Shown here piece after piece: positions 10,419 to 20,771 of a stretch of 64,000 bases of DNA. Numbering within the stretch: the first letter of the stretch is position 1; each line of letters starts with the position of its first letter. The translations under genes were made by a program, and so were the position numbers. Under the pieces are notes generated by a model. The model had not been told where the DNA came from. It was given only the letters and a program-made list of their open reading frames with translations, and did no database searches. Source of the stretch: Candidatus Poribacteria bacterium (GTDB taxonomy: Bacteria; Poribacteria; WGA-4E; WGA-3G); contig JAGFCA010000005.1 in the NCBI GenBank assembly GCA_022394755.1, positions 94,313 through 158,312 of the forward strand, given 5' to 3'.

Positions 10419-11918
10419 ATGAACAACAAACCAAATATCATTCTCATCTTTGCAGACGATCTTGGACGTGGTATGCTAAGTTGTTATGGACAACGGCACT
10501 TTGACACACCAAATATTGACCGTCTTGCGAATGAAGGTATGCGATTTAACCATGCATACGGTTGTGCTTTCTGTGCTCCATCACGTGCCAGCATGCTAAC
10601 AGGTATACACGATTGTCATCAAGGGACATGGACATACACCAAGGGTGGAATATATAATAATATCAGTTCAGGTGAAATGGAATACAGCGAGATTACTGAA
10701 CTCATTCATACAACTGGTTTGCAAGCCACTTCAGATGATGTTTTCTTAGCACAGATTCCTGAAGAAGCAGGTTATACTACAGCACAAATTGGCAAATTGG
10801 AATGGGGGTTTGCTACTACTGGGGATCGTATTCGAAGACATGGATGGCAGTATCACTACGGATACTATGACCATCAACGTTGCCATGGATTTTATCCTCC
10901 ATTTCTATTCGATAATGGGGATATCACAGAGATTCAAGGGAATACACATGCAGATTGTGGAAAACACCAAAATACAGAATCCGAAGAGAATTTACAACAC
11001 AGAAGAAATCGTGAAGGAAAAGCAGTTTACTCTCAAGATATTTTCAATGAGAAGATAATACAGTTCCTGCGAAACAACAAAGATAAACCATTCTTCTTAT
11101 ACCATCCTTCACAACTACCACATGGACCAATTTCAATACCTAAAATACATCCTGCAGTTAAACAATCATCAGAATTGACAACCTATGAAAAAGAATATGC
11201 TTCCATGATTTTAAAACTTGATGAAACCGTCGGTATTATCTTGGATGAACTTGAGTTTCTTGGGATTGATGACAATACTATGATTATTTTCTGTTCAGAT
11301 AATGGACATGAAGTATATGCTAAGCAGGAAGGTCGAACTACTGGACGAAATAAGAGTTTGAATAACGAACAGTTTGATGATATCACTACAAAATTCTACT
11401 CAGAAACTGGGGGAGATGTATTTAATGGAAATGATGGTATGGGAGGATTGAAATTCTCAAGTTGGGAAGGTGGGACACGTATTCCCTATATTGTTCGCTA
11501 TCCAGGTAGGATTGCAGAAAATGCTACATCTAACCAAATGATTGCTAACTACGATCTTCTCCCAACTCTTGCTGACCTAATTGGGGTGAATTCACCAGAT
11601 GGGAAAGATGGTGTATCATTTTTGCCTACACTGTTAGAACAGTCAGAACATCAACAAAGTAGGGAGTGGGTTGTTTATGCTTCTCGACTTGGTCCTGCCT
11701 TGGTAACATCTGATGGATGGAAGTGTCGTTATATTAACAGAAGTAAAAACTTTCAGTTATATAATCTCAATGAAGATTATAGAGAGGAGAATGATCTGTC
11801 ATCAGATTATCCTGACCTTGCTGAAAGGTTGAGTGGATGGTTACTCAATGCATGTGATGGAGATTATCAGCATGGAACACCACAGGCACATTTAGCTGAA
11901 TATCCCAAGACAAATTAA
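10419..11918 (+). CDS. Formylglycine-dependent sulfatase (arylsulfatase family)
   Basis: NIILIFADDLGRG... and the canonical C-x-P-x-R signature CAPSRASMLTG. 499 aa. Confidence 0.8.
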   Translation: MNNKPNIILIFADDLGRGMLSCYGQRHFDTPNIDRLANEGMRFNHAYGCAFCAPSRASMLTGIHDCHQGTWTYTKGGIYNNISSGEMEYSEITELIHTTGLQATSDDVFLAQIPEEAGYTTAQIGKLEWGFATTGDRIRRHGWQYHYGYYDHQRCHGFYPPFLFDNGDITEIQGNTHADCGKHQNTESEENLQHRRNREGKAVYSQDIFNEKIIQFLRNNKDKPFFLYHPSQLPHGPISIPKIHPAVKQSSELTTYEKEYASMILKLDETVGIILDELEFLGIDDNTMIIFCSDNGHEVYAKQEGRTTGRNKSLNNEQFDDITTKFYSETGGDVFNGNDGMGGLKFSSWEGGTRIPYIVRYPGRIAENATSNQMIANYDLLPTLADLIGVNSPDGKDGVSFLPTLLEQSEHQQSREWVVYASRLGPALVTSDGWKCRYINRSKNFQLYNLNEDYREENDLSSDYPDLAERLSGWLLNACDGDYQHGTPQAHLAEYPKTN

Positions 11919-11953
11919 ATTCTTAATTCCTGGAATTAGAAAAAAGAGTTCAC

Positions 11954-13075
11954 ATGGTATCCTTCGATTCTGATTTAGCACAACGTGTTGTATTTGGAGA
12001 TAACAGTATTGAGAAGCTCGGACAAGCCACTATCACTTTGGATGGTACTCGTGTTCTCATCATTACTGACACAGGGATCAAGAAATCAGGGATTCTGGAT
12101 AGAGCTTATTCGGCACTGAATAAAGAGAATATATCATACTACGGTTTTACTGATGTTGATCCGAACCCAACAACAGAGCATGTATATAAGGCTGTACAAT
12201 TTGCACAAGATAATCAGCCAATCGATCTAATTATTGGACTCGGTGGTGGAAGTGCGATGGATTGTGCAAAAGGCGTGAATTTCATTCTAACAAATGGAGG
12301 TGAAATGGAGGACTATTGGGGAACTAACAAAGCAACAAAACCTATGCTGTCCTCAATAGGTATACCGACAACAATAGGTACCGGAAGTGAAGCACAATCT
12401 TATGCCTTGATTGCTCAAGAGAATACACATATTAAAATGGCTTGTGGTGACAAAAAAGCAAAATTTGACACTGTTATTTTAGATCCAACTCTGACTGGAA
12501 CTTTACCGAAATTGCAAGCCACAATTACAGGTATTGATGCAATCGCGCATGCAATTGAAAGTTTTGTTTCAACCAGACGTAACCCTCTATCGCAGATGTA
12601 CGCAATACATGCCTGGAATATGTTGGAATCTAATTTCCAAATCGCTATACACGAGGCACATCTTGATGCACGTGGAAAGATGTTATTTGGCGCATATCTC
12701 GCAGGATTGGCAATAGAGAATTCTATGCTTGGTGCCGCACATGCATGTGCAAATCCATTAACAACACAATATGGAATTACACATGGAATTGCTGTCAGTC
12801 TAATGTTACCACATGTAATACGATTTAATGAACAAGTCGTAGGTGATTTGTATAAAGAACTTTATTCTAAAGGGAATTTGGTTGAAAGAATTGAGTCTTT
12901 AATTGAATGTGGTGATTTACCGAACACACTACAACAATGTACTGTCCAATGCAACATCAGGTCAACTGACCTTTCTACCTTAGCAAAGGAGGCGGCGGTT
13001 CAATGGACAGCACAGTTTAATCCACGTCCAGTGGATATAGAAGATTTTGAGAGGTTATATGAAAAAGTACTTTGA
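11954..13075 (+). CDS. Iron-containing (group III) alcohol dehydrogenase
   Basis: GGGSAMDCAKG motif and the overall Fe-ADH layout. 373 aa. Confidence 0.8.
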   Translation: MVSFDSDLAQRVVFGDNSIEKLGQATITLDGTRVLIITDTGIKKSGILDRAYSALNKENISYYGFTDVDPNPTTEHVYKAVQFAQDNQPIDLIIGLGGGSAMDCAKGVNFILTNGGEMEDYWGTNKATKPMLSSIGIPTTIGTGSEAQSYALIAQENTHIKMACGDKKAKFDTVILDPTLTGTLPKLQATITGIDAIAHAIESFVSTRRNPLSQMYAIHAWNMLESNFQIAIHEAHLDARGKMLFGAYLAGLAIENSMLGAAHACANPLTTQYGITHGIAVSLMLPHVIRFNEQVVGDLYKELYSKGNLVERIESLIECGDLPNTLQQCTVQCNIRSTDLSTLAKEAAVQWTAQFNPRPVDIEDFERLYEKVL

Positions 13076-14249
13076 GATATTGCCTATCAAACTTATCAAT
13101 CTAAAAGAGATCATACGATTCAGTATAGTTATTTTATCCTATATATTGGTCTTATTATTTATAAACATTCAGATTTCTTTTAGTAATTGGGTTAGTTTTA
13201 GAGGTAATCAGCAGCTAACAGGAGTGTCGGAATCGCAGCTGCCAGAAAAGCTTGATTTGTTGTGGACATTTAAAGTAGAAGACATGATAGAATCTACTGT
13301 TACAATCTATGATGGTACTGTATATGTTGCAGCATTAGATGGAAAATTACATGCACTCAATGCTGAGACAGGCAAGAGTAAATGGAAATACGATGCTAAA
13401 GCACCAATAAAGTCATCACCATCAATTTCTGACGGTGTCATTTACTTTGGAGATGAGAATGGTATATTCCATGCAGTGGACATAAAAACACAGAAAAAGA
13501 AATGGTTGTATACTACAGAAGGTGAAATTGTATCTTCAGCAAATTTTATAGATAACCGGGTTTTATTCGGATCGTATGATGGATTTCTATACTGTTTAAA
13601 CATGAATAGTGGTGATCTAATATGGAAGTTTGAAACTGAAGGAAATGTACATGCAACACCAAGTGTATGGCTCCATAAAAGTGGTGATACATCCACTATT
13701 GGGAATTATGTTATCGTAACTGGGTGTGATAGTTATCTTCGTATCATTGATATCCAGGATGGAACACAAGCTGAAATGGTCAATCTTGGTACTTATGTAG
13801 GAGCAAGTCCAGCAATTTTAGATAATCAAGTATTCTGTGGTACATACGGGAGCGAAATCCTAAGTGTGTCCTTAGATAACGGGGAGATTACATGGAGATA
13901 CCAACACCCAAAGCTTAAATATCCTTTTATCGGTTCTGCTGCTGTCACAGGGGATGAAGTTATCATCGGTGGTCATGATAAAATGATACATGCCCTATCA
14001 CATAAGACTGGAGATCCGATTTGGACATATAGAACAAAATCACGAATTGAATCTTCACCTATTGTTGTAGGGGAACGTGTGTTCTTCGGTACAATTCGTG
14101 GACTATTTATTGCCTTAGATCTTACCTCTGGTGAATTGGTTTGGGAATACGATACAGGGGACCCCATTGTTGCATCACCGAGTGTATCTGATGGAAGAAT
14201 ATATATCGGTAATGAGGGAGGAATACTCTTCTGTTTTGGAAAAAAATAA
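13047..14249 (+). CDS. PQQ-like beta-propeller repeat protein with an N-terminal membrane/signal segment
   Basis: Repeated 'DG.VY.G..DG.L.A.D..TG...W.Y' blades. 400 aa. Confidence 0.65.
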   Translation: MRGYMKKYFEILPIKLINLKEIIRFSIVILSYILVLLFINIQISFSNWVSFRGNQQLTGVSESQLPEKLDLLWTFKVEDMIESTVTIYDGTVYVAALDGKLHALNAETGKSKWKYDAKAPIKSSPSISDGVIYFGDENGIFHAVDIKTQKKKWLYTTEGEIVSSANFIDNRVLFGSYDGFLYCLNMNSGDLIWKFETEGNVHATPSVWLHKSGDTSTIGNYVIVTGCDSYLRIIDIQDGTQAEMVNLGTYVGASPAILDNQVFCGTYGSEILSVSLDNGEITWRYQHPKLKYPFIGSAAVTGDEVIIGGHDKMIHALSHKTGDPIWTYRTKSRIESSPIVVGERVFFGTIRGLFIALDLTSGELVWEYDTGDPIVASPSVSDGRIYIGNEGGILFCFGKK

Positions 14250-14324
14250 TGAGAACAAATCTATTAAATAACTCTATACATATTAAATTTTTGTATTATC
14301 AATTTTACTATAAGGAATATAGAA

Positions 14325-15665
14325 ATGAGCCAAACAAAGCCGGAACCAGCAACAGCAGGTATAGAAACTGAACAGACATCCGTAGGAAGTGTCTTTGTTT
14401 CAAACTATCCTCCCTATTCTGTATGGAATGAATCCGCTGTTCCGGATGTACAGAACGCATTAACCGATGATCCATCGGACGATGCAACCTTAGGACTATA
14501 TCTACACATTCCTTTCTGTCGTAAACGTTGTAAATTCTGCTATTTTCGAGTTTATACGGATAAGAATAGCACTGAGATTGATACATATCTCAATGCTCTT
14601 GCTGAAGAAATAGAACTATATGGCAAACAACCTGCATTAGACAACCGTCCTTTGAAATTTGTATATTTTGGTGGTGGTACTCCATCATATATTAGCGTAA
14701 AACATCTAAACACGCTCGTAGAACGTATAAAAAAAGTGTTTCCTTGGGATACAGCTGAAGAAGTTGCATTTGAATGTGAACCAGGTACATTAACACAAAA
14801 GAAATTACAAGCCATTAAAGGTATAGGAGTGACTCGTTTAAGTCTTGGTGTTGAGAACTTAAACGACAAAATCCTCGAAGAAAACGGACGAGCACATCTA
14901 TCAAAAGAGGTTTACAGAATTCATCCATGGATTAAGGAATTAGAGTTTGATCAAGTTAACATTGACCTTATATCTGGAATGATTGGTGAAACATGGGAAA
15001 GTTGGCAAGACACTGTTCAAAAAACAATAGAACTTGATCCTGACAGCATTACTGTATATCAACTTGAACTCCCTTTTAATACAGTTTATTCAAAAGATAT
15101 CCTCGGCGGAGATGCATTACCTGTTGCTGATTGGAAACTAAAAAGGGAATGGCACCAATATGCTTTTGAACAATTTACGCAAGTCGGATATGAACAATCA
15201 AGTGCCTATACAGTATTGAAAAAAGACAAACCTTGTAAGTTTGTATATCGTGATGCAGTCTGGCAGGGAAGTGATATGATTGGTACAGGAGTAGCCTCAT
15301 TTTCACATTTTAGTGGAATTCATTTTCAGAATGCACCATCTTGGGGAGATTATCTGAGCACAATTGAATCAGGTGAACTACCCATTTACCGTGCTTTTAA
15401 ACCTACAGATGATGAAAAACTCACACGAGAGATGATTCTACAACTTAAACTTGGGAAGATTAATCCATCCTATTTTCAATCTAAGTTTAACGCCGATATC
15501 TTGGCACTCTATAGGGAAGAATTTGATCAACTACAAAACGAAGGCATGTTACGAATTCATTCAGATCAAGACGAAATCCAACTAACGCAACGAGGTTTAT
15601 TGCAGGTTGATGGTCTTCTTCCAACGTTCTATGCACAAGAATACCAGAATACACGCTATACATAG
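14325..15665 (+). CDS. Radical SAM protein of the HemN/HemW family (oxygen-independent coproporphyrinogen III oxidase-like)
   Basis: CxxxCxxC cluster (HIPFCRKRCKFCYF) and a GGGTPS glycine-rich SAM motif, followed by a HemN-like C-terminal domain. 446 aa. Confidence 0.75.
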   Translation: MSQTKPEPATAGIETEQTSVGSVFVSNYPPYSVWNESAVPDVQNALTDDPSDDATLGLYLHIPFCRKRCKFCYFRVYTDKNSTEIDTYLNALAEEIELYGKQPALDNRPLKFVYFGGGTPSYISVKHLNTLVERIKKVFPWDTAEEVAFECEPGTLTQKKLQAIKGIGVTRLSLGVENLNDKILEENGRAHLSKEVYRIHPWIKELEFDQVNIDLISGMIGETWESWQDTVQKTIELDPDSITVYQLELPFNTVYSKDILGGDALPVADWKLKREWHQYAFEQFTQVGYEQSSAYTVLKKDKPCKFVYRDAVWQGSDMIGTGVASFSHFSGIHFQNAPSWGDYLSTIESGELPIYRAFKPTDDEKLTREMILQLKLGKINPSYFQSKFNADILALYREEFDQLQNEGMLRIHSDQDEIQLTQRGLLQVDGLLPTFYAQEYQNTRYT

Positions 15666-15707
15666 TGTCTTGTATGTTGGAATCTGATGTAAGGATCTGA
15701 TAGATAA

Positions 15708-16958
15708 ATGATTGATATACAATTAAACCGGTTGAGAGAAATGTTAATACCGGTTTGGAAGTCGAATGACTTCTATAAAGAGAAATTAAGAGATACAGGT
15801 TTTTCAAATCCTGAGGAAATACAAACACTTTCTGATTATCAGAATCTTCCATTTACAACGAAGGATGAACTTAGTACAGATCAAGTTGCCCATCCACCAT
15901 ACGGCACCAACTTAACCTTTCCACAAGAGAAATATACTTGCATACATCAAACATCTGGCACAACAGGTTCACCAATCCGTTGGTTAGATACAAGAGAATC
16001 ATGGGATTGGTGGGGTAAATGTTGGCGTGATATCTATAGTGCTGCAGAAGTTACCTCAGCTGATAGGTTAATGATAGCTTTTTCATTTGGACCCTTTATC
16101 GGTTTCTGGAGTGCATACCATGGTGCTCAACAACTTGGAGCATTCACCATAGCCAATGGTGGAATGACATCTGACCAACGAATACGTGCTATCCTCACGA
16201 ATGATGTTACAGTGGTAATTTCTACACCGACCTATGCTTTACGATTAGCAGAAGTGGCTAAAAAAGAAGGGGTGGATTTGAATACTGATTCTAAGGTAAG
16301 AGTTACAATCCATGCCGGTGAACCGGGAGCTAGTCTACAATCTACAAAGCAACGTATTGAAAATGGTTGGGGAGCAAAAGCTTATGATCATATTGGTGCA
16401 ACCGAGGTTGGGGCATGGGGTGTCATGTGTAAAGCACAAAACGGAGTTCATCTTAATGAAGACGAATTTATTTGTGAGGTTATAGATCCCGATTCTGGGA
16501 AACATGCTGACGAGGGTGAATTAGTTATTACAAATTTAGGACGGGTTGGGATGCCGGTGATACGGTATAGGACGGGTGATTTTGTCAAACTAAAATCAGA
16601 ACAGTGTCCTTGTGGAAGCGAGCATCGTATTCTGGATGGTGGTGTTGTGGGACGTTTAGATAACGCGATAATTATTCGAGGATTAAATGTATATCCAGCA
16701 ACAATAGAAAACATCATCCTCAAGGTACAAGATGTCAGTGAATTCGCTGTTAGAGCTTATTCAGGAGACACATTTGATGAACTTGAAATTCAAATTGAGA
16801 CATTTAATCCGATGTCCGATGAGACTGCATCCGATGTTATTGCAGCAATCCAAGGCGAATTGGGATTACGCACGATTGTGAAAACAGTGTCAAATGGTAC
16901 ATTGCCTCGGTACGAACTAAAATCAAGGCGATTTACTGATGATAGAAAAAATAAATAG
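15708..16958 (+). CDS. Phenylacetate-CoA ligase (PaaK)/coenzyme F390 synthetase family adenylating enzyme
   Basis: Canonical AMP-binding motif HQTSGTTGSPIRW. 416 aa. Confidence 0.7.
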   Translation: MIDIQLNRLREMLIPVWKSNDFYKEKLRDTGFSNPEEIQTLSDYQNLPFTTKDELSTDQVAHPPYGTNLTFPQEKYTCIHQTSGTTGSPIRWLDTRESWDWWGKCWRDIYSAAEVTSADRLMIAFSFGPFIGFWSAYHGAQQLGAFTIANGGMTSDQRIRAILTNDVTVVISTPTYALRLAEVAKKEGVDLNTDSKVRVTIHAGEPGASLQSTKQRIENGWGAKAYDHIGATEVGAWGVMCKAQNGVHLNEDEFICEVIDPDSGKHADEGELVITNLGRVGMPVIRYRTGDFVKLKSEQCPCGSEHRILDGGVVGRLDNAIIIRGLNVYPATIENIILKVQDVSEFAVRAYSGDTFDELEIQIETFNPMSDETASDVIAAIQGELGLRTIVKTVSNGTLPRYELKSRRFTDDRKNK

Positions 16959-16985
16959 CAGGCAATAGAAAATATTATAATCAAT

Positions 16986-18266
16986 ATGATTCCGCACGCA
17001 AAATACGATACAATTATAATAGGTGGAGGACCCGCTGGTAGTACTGCTGCAACCCTTATTGCACAACAAGGGTATAGCGTGTTGCTCTTGGAGCGAGAAT
17101 CTGAACCATCGTTTAAAATTGGTGAATCTCTCATTCCATCAACATTCTGGACATTCAAACGGCTTGGCATGCTTGAGAAACTAAGAGCCAGTCATTTTCC
17201 ACAGAAGTATAGTGTTCAGTTTTTCACTCGAACCGGCAAAGCAACCAATCCATTCTACTTCTTTGAAACAAATCCGCATGAAAGTTCTGTTACATGGCAG
17301 GTCTTACGTAGTGAATTCGATCAGATGTTATTAGATAATGCTGTTGAAAAAGGAGTTGTTGTACGTAGGGGCGTAAGTGTTAGAAATGTGATTTTTGATG
17401 GAGATAAAGCAACCGGTGTTTCTACACTGACGGTTGACAGGAATACACAAGAAAAACAAGAGGAAACGATACATGGGACAGTAATTGTTGATTCTACAGG
17501 ACAACGATCCCTTATTGGAAGACAATTAAATCTCAATACAATTGAGCCAAACCTGAAAAAAGCATCTCTATTCACACATTATGAAGGTGGATATCGAGAT
17601 ACAGGGATTGACGAAGGTGCAACGCTCATTCTTCATACAGAGGAAAAAGATTCTTGGTTTTGGTCTATCCCGTTACCATATAACCGCACAAGCGTAGGGG
17701 TTGTCGGAGAATTAGATTATCTACTGCAGAACCGAAGAGATGAGAATGGAAAGTTGGATGCACAAAAAATATTTGAGGAAGAATTGAATAAGTGTCTCCC
17801 GTTAAAGGATCGATTGGAAGGTGCTAAACAGTTATTTCCTATGCAAACGACAAAGGATTTTTCATATAGAGCAAGTCGAATTGCAGGTCAGAATTGGTTG
17901 CTTATTGGAGATGCATTTGGCTTCTTAGATCCAGTATACTCAACCGGATTATTCTTAGCTCTGAAATCTGGGGAAATGGCTGCAGATGTAATAATTGATG
18001 CACTCAAAGAAAATGACTATTCTGCAGAACGGTTAGGCAGTTTTGGACAAACGTTTGTAGATGGTATGGAGGCGTTCAGGAAATTGGTATATGCATTTTA
18101 TACAAAGGAATTCAGTTTTGCTCGTTTCCTCTCAGAATATCCTGAGCATCTTGGAGGGATCGTTGACATACTCAGTGGAGATGTATATAGAAGAGATGTA
18201 ACACACATCTTTCCAGATATGTCCAAGATGTGTTATTTCCCACCAGAAGTTCCCATAAACTCGTAG
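16986..18266 (+). CDS. FAD-dependent oxidoreductase, flavin-dependent halogenase-like (geranylgeranyl-reductase/halogenase superfamily)
   Basis: N-terminal GxGxxG (IIIGGGPAGSTAA). A WxWxIP motif (SWFWSIPL) characteristic of flavin-dependent halogenases. GDAFGFLDPVYSTG FAD motif. 426 aa. Confidence 0.6.
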   Translation: MIPHAKYDTIIIGGGPAGSTAATLIAQQGYSVLLLERESEPSFKIGESLIPSTFWTFKRLGMLEKLRASHFPQKYSVQFFTRTGKATNPFYFFETNPHESSVTWQVLRSEFDQMLLDNAVEKGVVVRRGVSVRNVIFDGDKATGVSTLTVDRNTQEKQEETIHGTVIVDSTGQRSLIGRQLNLNTIEPNLKKASLFTHYEGGYRDTGIDEGATLILHTEEKDSWFWSIPLPYNRTSVGVVGELDYLLQNRRDENGKLDAQKIFEEELNKCLPLKDRLEGAKQLFPMQTTKDFSYRASRIAGQNWLLIGDAFGFLDPVYSTGLFLALKSGEMAADVIIDALKENDYSAERLGSFGQTFVDGMEAFRKLVYAFYTKEFSFARFLSEYPEHLGGIVDILSGDVYRRDVTHIFPDMSKMCYFPPEVPINS

Positions 18267-18352
18267 TGCAAAATGTATGTAGAGATATAGAAAAATACGA
18301 ATTATATAAAACTAAAGGGTTACTATCAAGATATGATAATAATGGAGAGAAT

Positions 18353-19333
18353 ATGAAAAGAATTATAAAGTATACAATCCTAATACCTGTGATCTTTGCA
18401 ATGTTGATATATATCGGATGTGATAACACATCAAAGAAGAAGTTTATCAGTATAGGCACAGCACCAATTGGGGGTGCGTTTAATGCGGTTGGTGGTGCAA
18501 TTGCTAATGTTGTAAATCGTAATTCAACTGAAATGAACTGGGAAGTTACTGCTGAAGAAACTAAAGGCACGCAAGAGAACATCCGTTTGTTGGTAAAGGA
18601 TGAAAGAAGAATTGAATTTGCAATGGCTAACGCTGCAATCTCATACTTTGCTGTACGTGGTGAAGGAGCTTGGGAGACAAAACATCCAATTCGGTCAGTC
18701 ATGACGCTTGCACCAAATGTCGCTCTGTTTGTAACGAAGAAATCTTCAGAGATTAAGTCTATTCCAGACCTAAAAGGAAAACGTGTCGTTGTAGGACCAG
18801 CCGGTGCAGGATTTGAGTATTTCTTGAGACCTGTATTAGAAGAACATGGTGTTACCTATGATGATTTCACTCCGCTAAATGATAACTATAGTGCTGCCGT
18901 CAATTTATTAGCTGATGGGGCAGCTGCAGCAGCTTTTATTGGTGGTGCAGTGCCAACACCCGCTGTGAAGCAAGCTTCCGCCTCACAAGATATAATGTTT
19001 ATTCCTTTTGACAAAACGGCTATAGATACTCTTGTTAAAAAGTATCCTTTCTTTTCTTCTATGACAATTCCTGCCACTGCTTATGAGAAAGTATTATCTG
19101 AACCATTTGAGACTATGAATGTAGGATCAATGCATTTAATCACTGCTGAGTCGGTAGATGAAGAAACCGTGTATGAATTTACAAAGAATCTTTACAACAA
19201 TCGATCTGAAGTTGTAAAAGCTCATAAAGCAGGTAATGCAATCAACCCCAAAAATGTCATTAAAGATACTGGTACACCCTTTCATCCGGGTGCTATACGT
19301 TTCTATAAAGAGATAGGTATTTGGAAGGAATAA
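18353..19333 (+). CDS. TRAP transporter solute receptor, TAXI family
   Basis: ATG at 18353 with GGAGAG RBS. Signal/lipoprotein-like N-terminus (…LIYIGCDN). The TAXI-typical 'SIGTAPIGGAFNAVGGAIANVVN' follows. Confidence 0.7.
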   Translation: MKRIIKYTILIPVIFAMLIYIGCDNTSKKKFISIGTAPIGGAFNAVGGAIANVVNRNSTEMNWEVTAEETKGTQENIRLLVKDERRIEFAMANAAISYFAVRGEGAWETKHPIRSVMTLAPNVALFVTKKSSEIKSIPDLKGKRVVVGPAGAGFEYFLRPVLEEHGVTYDDFTPLNDNYSAAVNLLADGAAAAAFIGGAVPTPAVKQASASQDIMFIPFDKTAIDTLVKKYPFFSSMTIPATAYEKVLSEPFETMNVGSMHLITAESVDEETVYEFTKNLYNNRSEVVKAHKAGNAINPKNVIKDTGTPFHPGAIRFYKEIGIWKE

Positions 19334-19347
19334 TAGGTTAAAAAGAT

Positions 19348-19376
19348 TTGACAGTAATTACATTTAATGGTATTAT
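19348..19376 (+). promoter_or_regulatory. Sigma70-type promoter for the tRNA pair (TTGACA, 17 nt, TATTAT)
   Basis: TTGACA at 19348-19353, a 17-nt spacer, then TATTAT at 19371-19376. tRNA-Phe begins about 12 nt downstream. Confidence 0.45.
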
Positions 19377-19388
19377 AATCTACCTGAT

Positions 19389-19461
19389 GCCGAGATAGCT
19401 CAGTCGGTAGAGCAGTAGACTGAAAATCTATGTGTCGGCAGTTCGATTCTGCCTCTCGGCA
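19389..19461 (+). tRNA. tRNA-Phe (anticodon GAA)
   Basis: Hand-folded cloverleaf: acceptor GCCGAGA/TCTCGGC, D-arm GCTC..GAGC, anticodon stem GTAGA/TCTAT with loop CTGAAAA, T-arm GGCAG TTCGATT CTGCC, discriminator A. No encoded CCA. Confidence 0.9.
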
Positions 19462-19484
19462 TTTTCCTATTTAAGCATTTACAA

Positions 19485-19556
19485 GCCGGTGTAGCTCAGG
19501 GGAAGAGCAACTGATTCGTAATCAGTAGGTCGGAGGTTCAAATCCTCTCATCGGCT
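19485..19556 (+). tRNA. tRNA-Thr (anticodon CGT)
   Basis: Acceptor GCCGGTG/CATCGGC (one G-U pair), anticodon stem ACTGA/TCAGT with loop TTCGTAA, T-arm GGAGG TTCAAAT CCTCT. Confidence 0.9.
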
Positions 19557-19685
19557 TCTTAGCAAACCTCCCTTCCTCTTATCAATAACAAATTTCTTGT
19601 ATAAAGCATCCACGACAAATATATCTTAAACCACCCCATGTCTTATTCACTTTGGATTATGAATTGGCCGCTAAGGCAGGATAGA

Positions 19686-20756
19686 TTACTTTCTTTCGGA
19701 TTGTTCGGCTGCTATATCTTCTTCTAAAGACTTGATTATAGCTAAGATGGTTGAATGTTGGTCAAGGCTGTATACCTTCTTATACATTTCAAGTGCTTGT
19801 CTATTATCATGGAGGAAACCCTCATATATCTCTGCCATCTCCTGCCAAGCTTGAACTTCTGTCGGATCAAGATCGACAATTTCTCTATATACATCTACTA
19901 TGTCGTTATAAGGTCGAGTGTCTGTTTCTCTTTTTAAGACACTTGCTCGATAATAGAGTAAGCCAATTAGATCGTTTACAATTTCCTGCATACTTGGATA
20001 CAATTGATTAGCTTCTTTCAACAGAATTATAGATTGTGATTCTAACCGAGTCATTTCAGCATAGTCTTCATCTGTGAGTTTTCTTTTTATCAATCGATAC
20101 CCTTGGAACATCTTATTGTATGTTCGTGACAACTGTAATCTTGCCAATATCCCAATCGGTGCTTTTTCAGATGATATATTCTTTAAATCGGGGTCATTCT
20201 CTATTGCTTGTAAATAATGTCTTGAGGCATCTGAGTATTGTTTCCTGCCTTGATAAAGCACACCCAGAAGATAATGTGCTTCTGAATTACCATTATTCTT
20301 CTCAATAACGGAAATAAATTGATTAACCGCTTCCTGTTGATCACTTAAATCTCTATGCAACTTACCGCTTAGGAGTAATACTTGCTCGTTTTCAGGATCA
20401 ATAATAGATGCATTCTTCAGACGAGACCATGCATCCTTTACCCAGCTGCTTTGCGAGTAAATCTCAGCTATACGCAAATTTGCATGTAAACGTATATCTG
20501 CATAGGTTTCTGTATTTGCTTGATCCATTGCAATTAATGCTTGCCAATAAAGTAAAATAGCATCCCCAAAATCTTGCTTCTTAAATAATGTATCTGCTTC
20601 TGTAATTAAGTTTTCTACTTGTGATAGGGGGTATAATTCCTGTTCACTGCTACTCTTCTGTATTAGGATTGCAGCGATTGCTATGAAAGATATTATCGCG
20701 ATGATCTCTGTAATTATTAACCAACGTCGAGAAAAAGACTGTGATCTATTCTTCAT
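19686..20756 (-). CDS. Membrane-anchored tetratricopeptide (TPR) repeat protein
   Basis: N-terminal TM segment followed by repeated TPR-like helices (e.g. AHYLLGVLYQGRKQYSDASRHYLQAIENDPD). 356 aa. Confidence 0.6.
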   Translation of the reverse strand: MKNRSQSFSRRWLIITEIIAIISFIAIAAILIQKSSSEQELYPLSQVENLITEADTLFKKQDFGDAILLYWQALIAMDQANTETYADIRLHANLRIAEIYSQSSWVKDAWSRLKNASIIDPENEQVLLLSGKLHRDLSDQQEAVNQFISVIEKNNGNSEAHYLLGVLYQGRKQYSDASRHYLQAIENDPDLKNISSEKAPIGILARLQLSRTYNKMFQGYRLIKRKLTDEDYAEMTRLESQSIILLKEANQLYPSMQEIVNDLIGLLYYRASVLKRETDTRPYNDIVDVYREIVDLDPTEVQAWQEMAEIYEGFLHDNRQALEMYKKVYSLDQHSTILAIIKSLEEDIAAEQSERK

Positions 20757-20771
20757 TATGTTCTCCTATAC

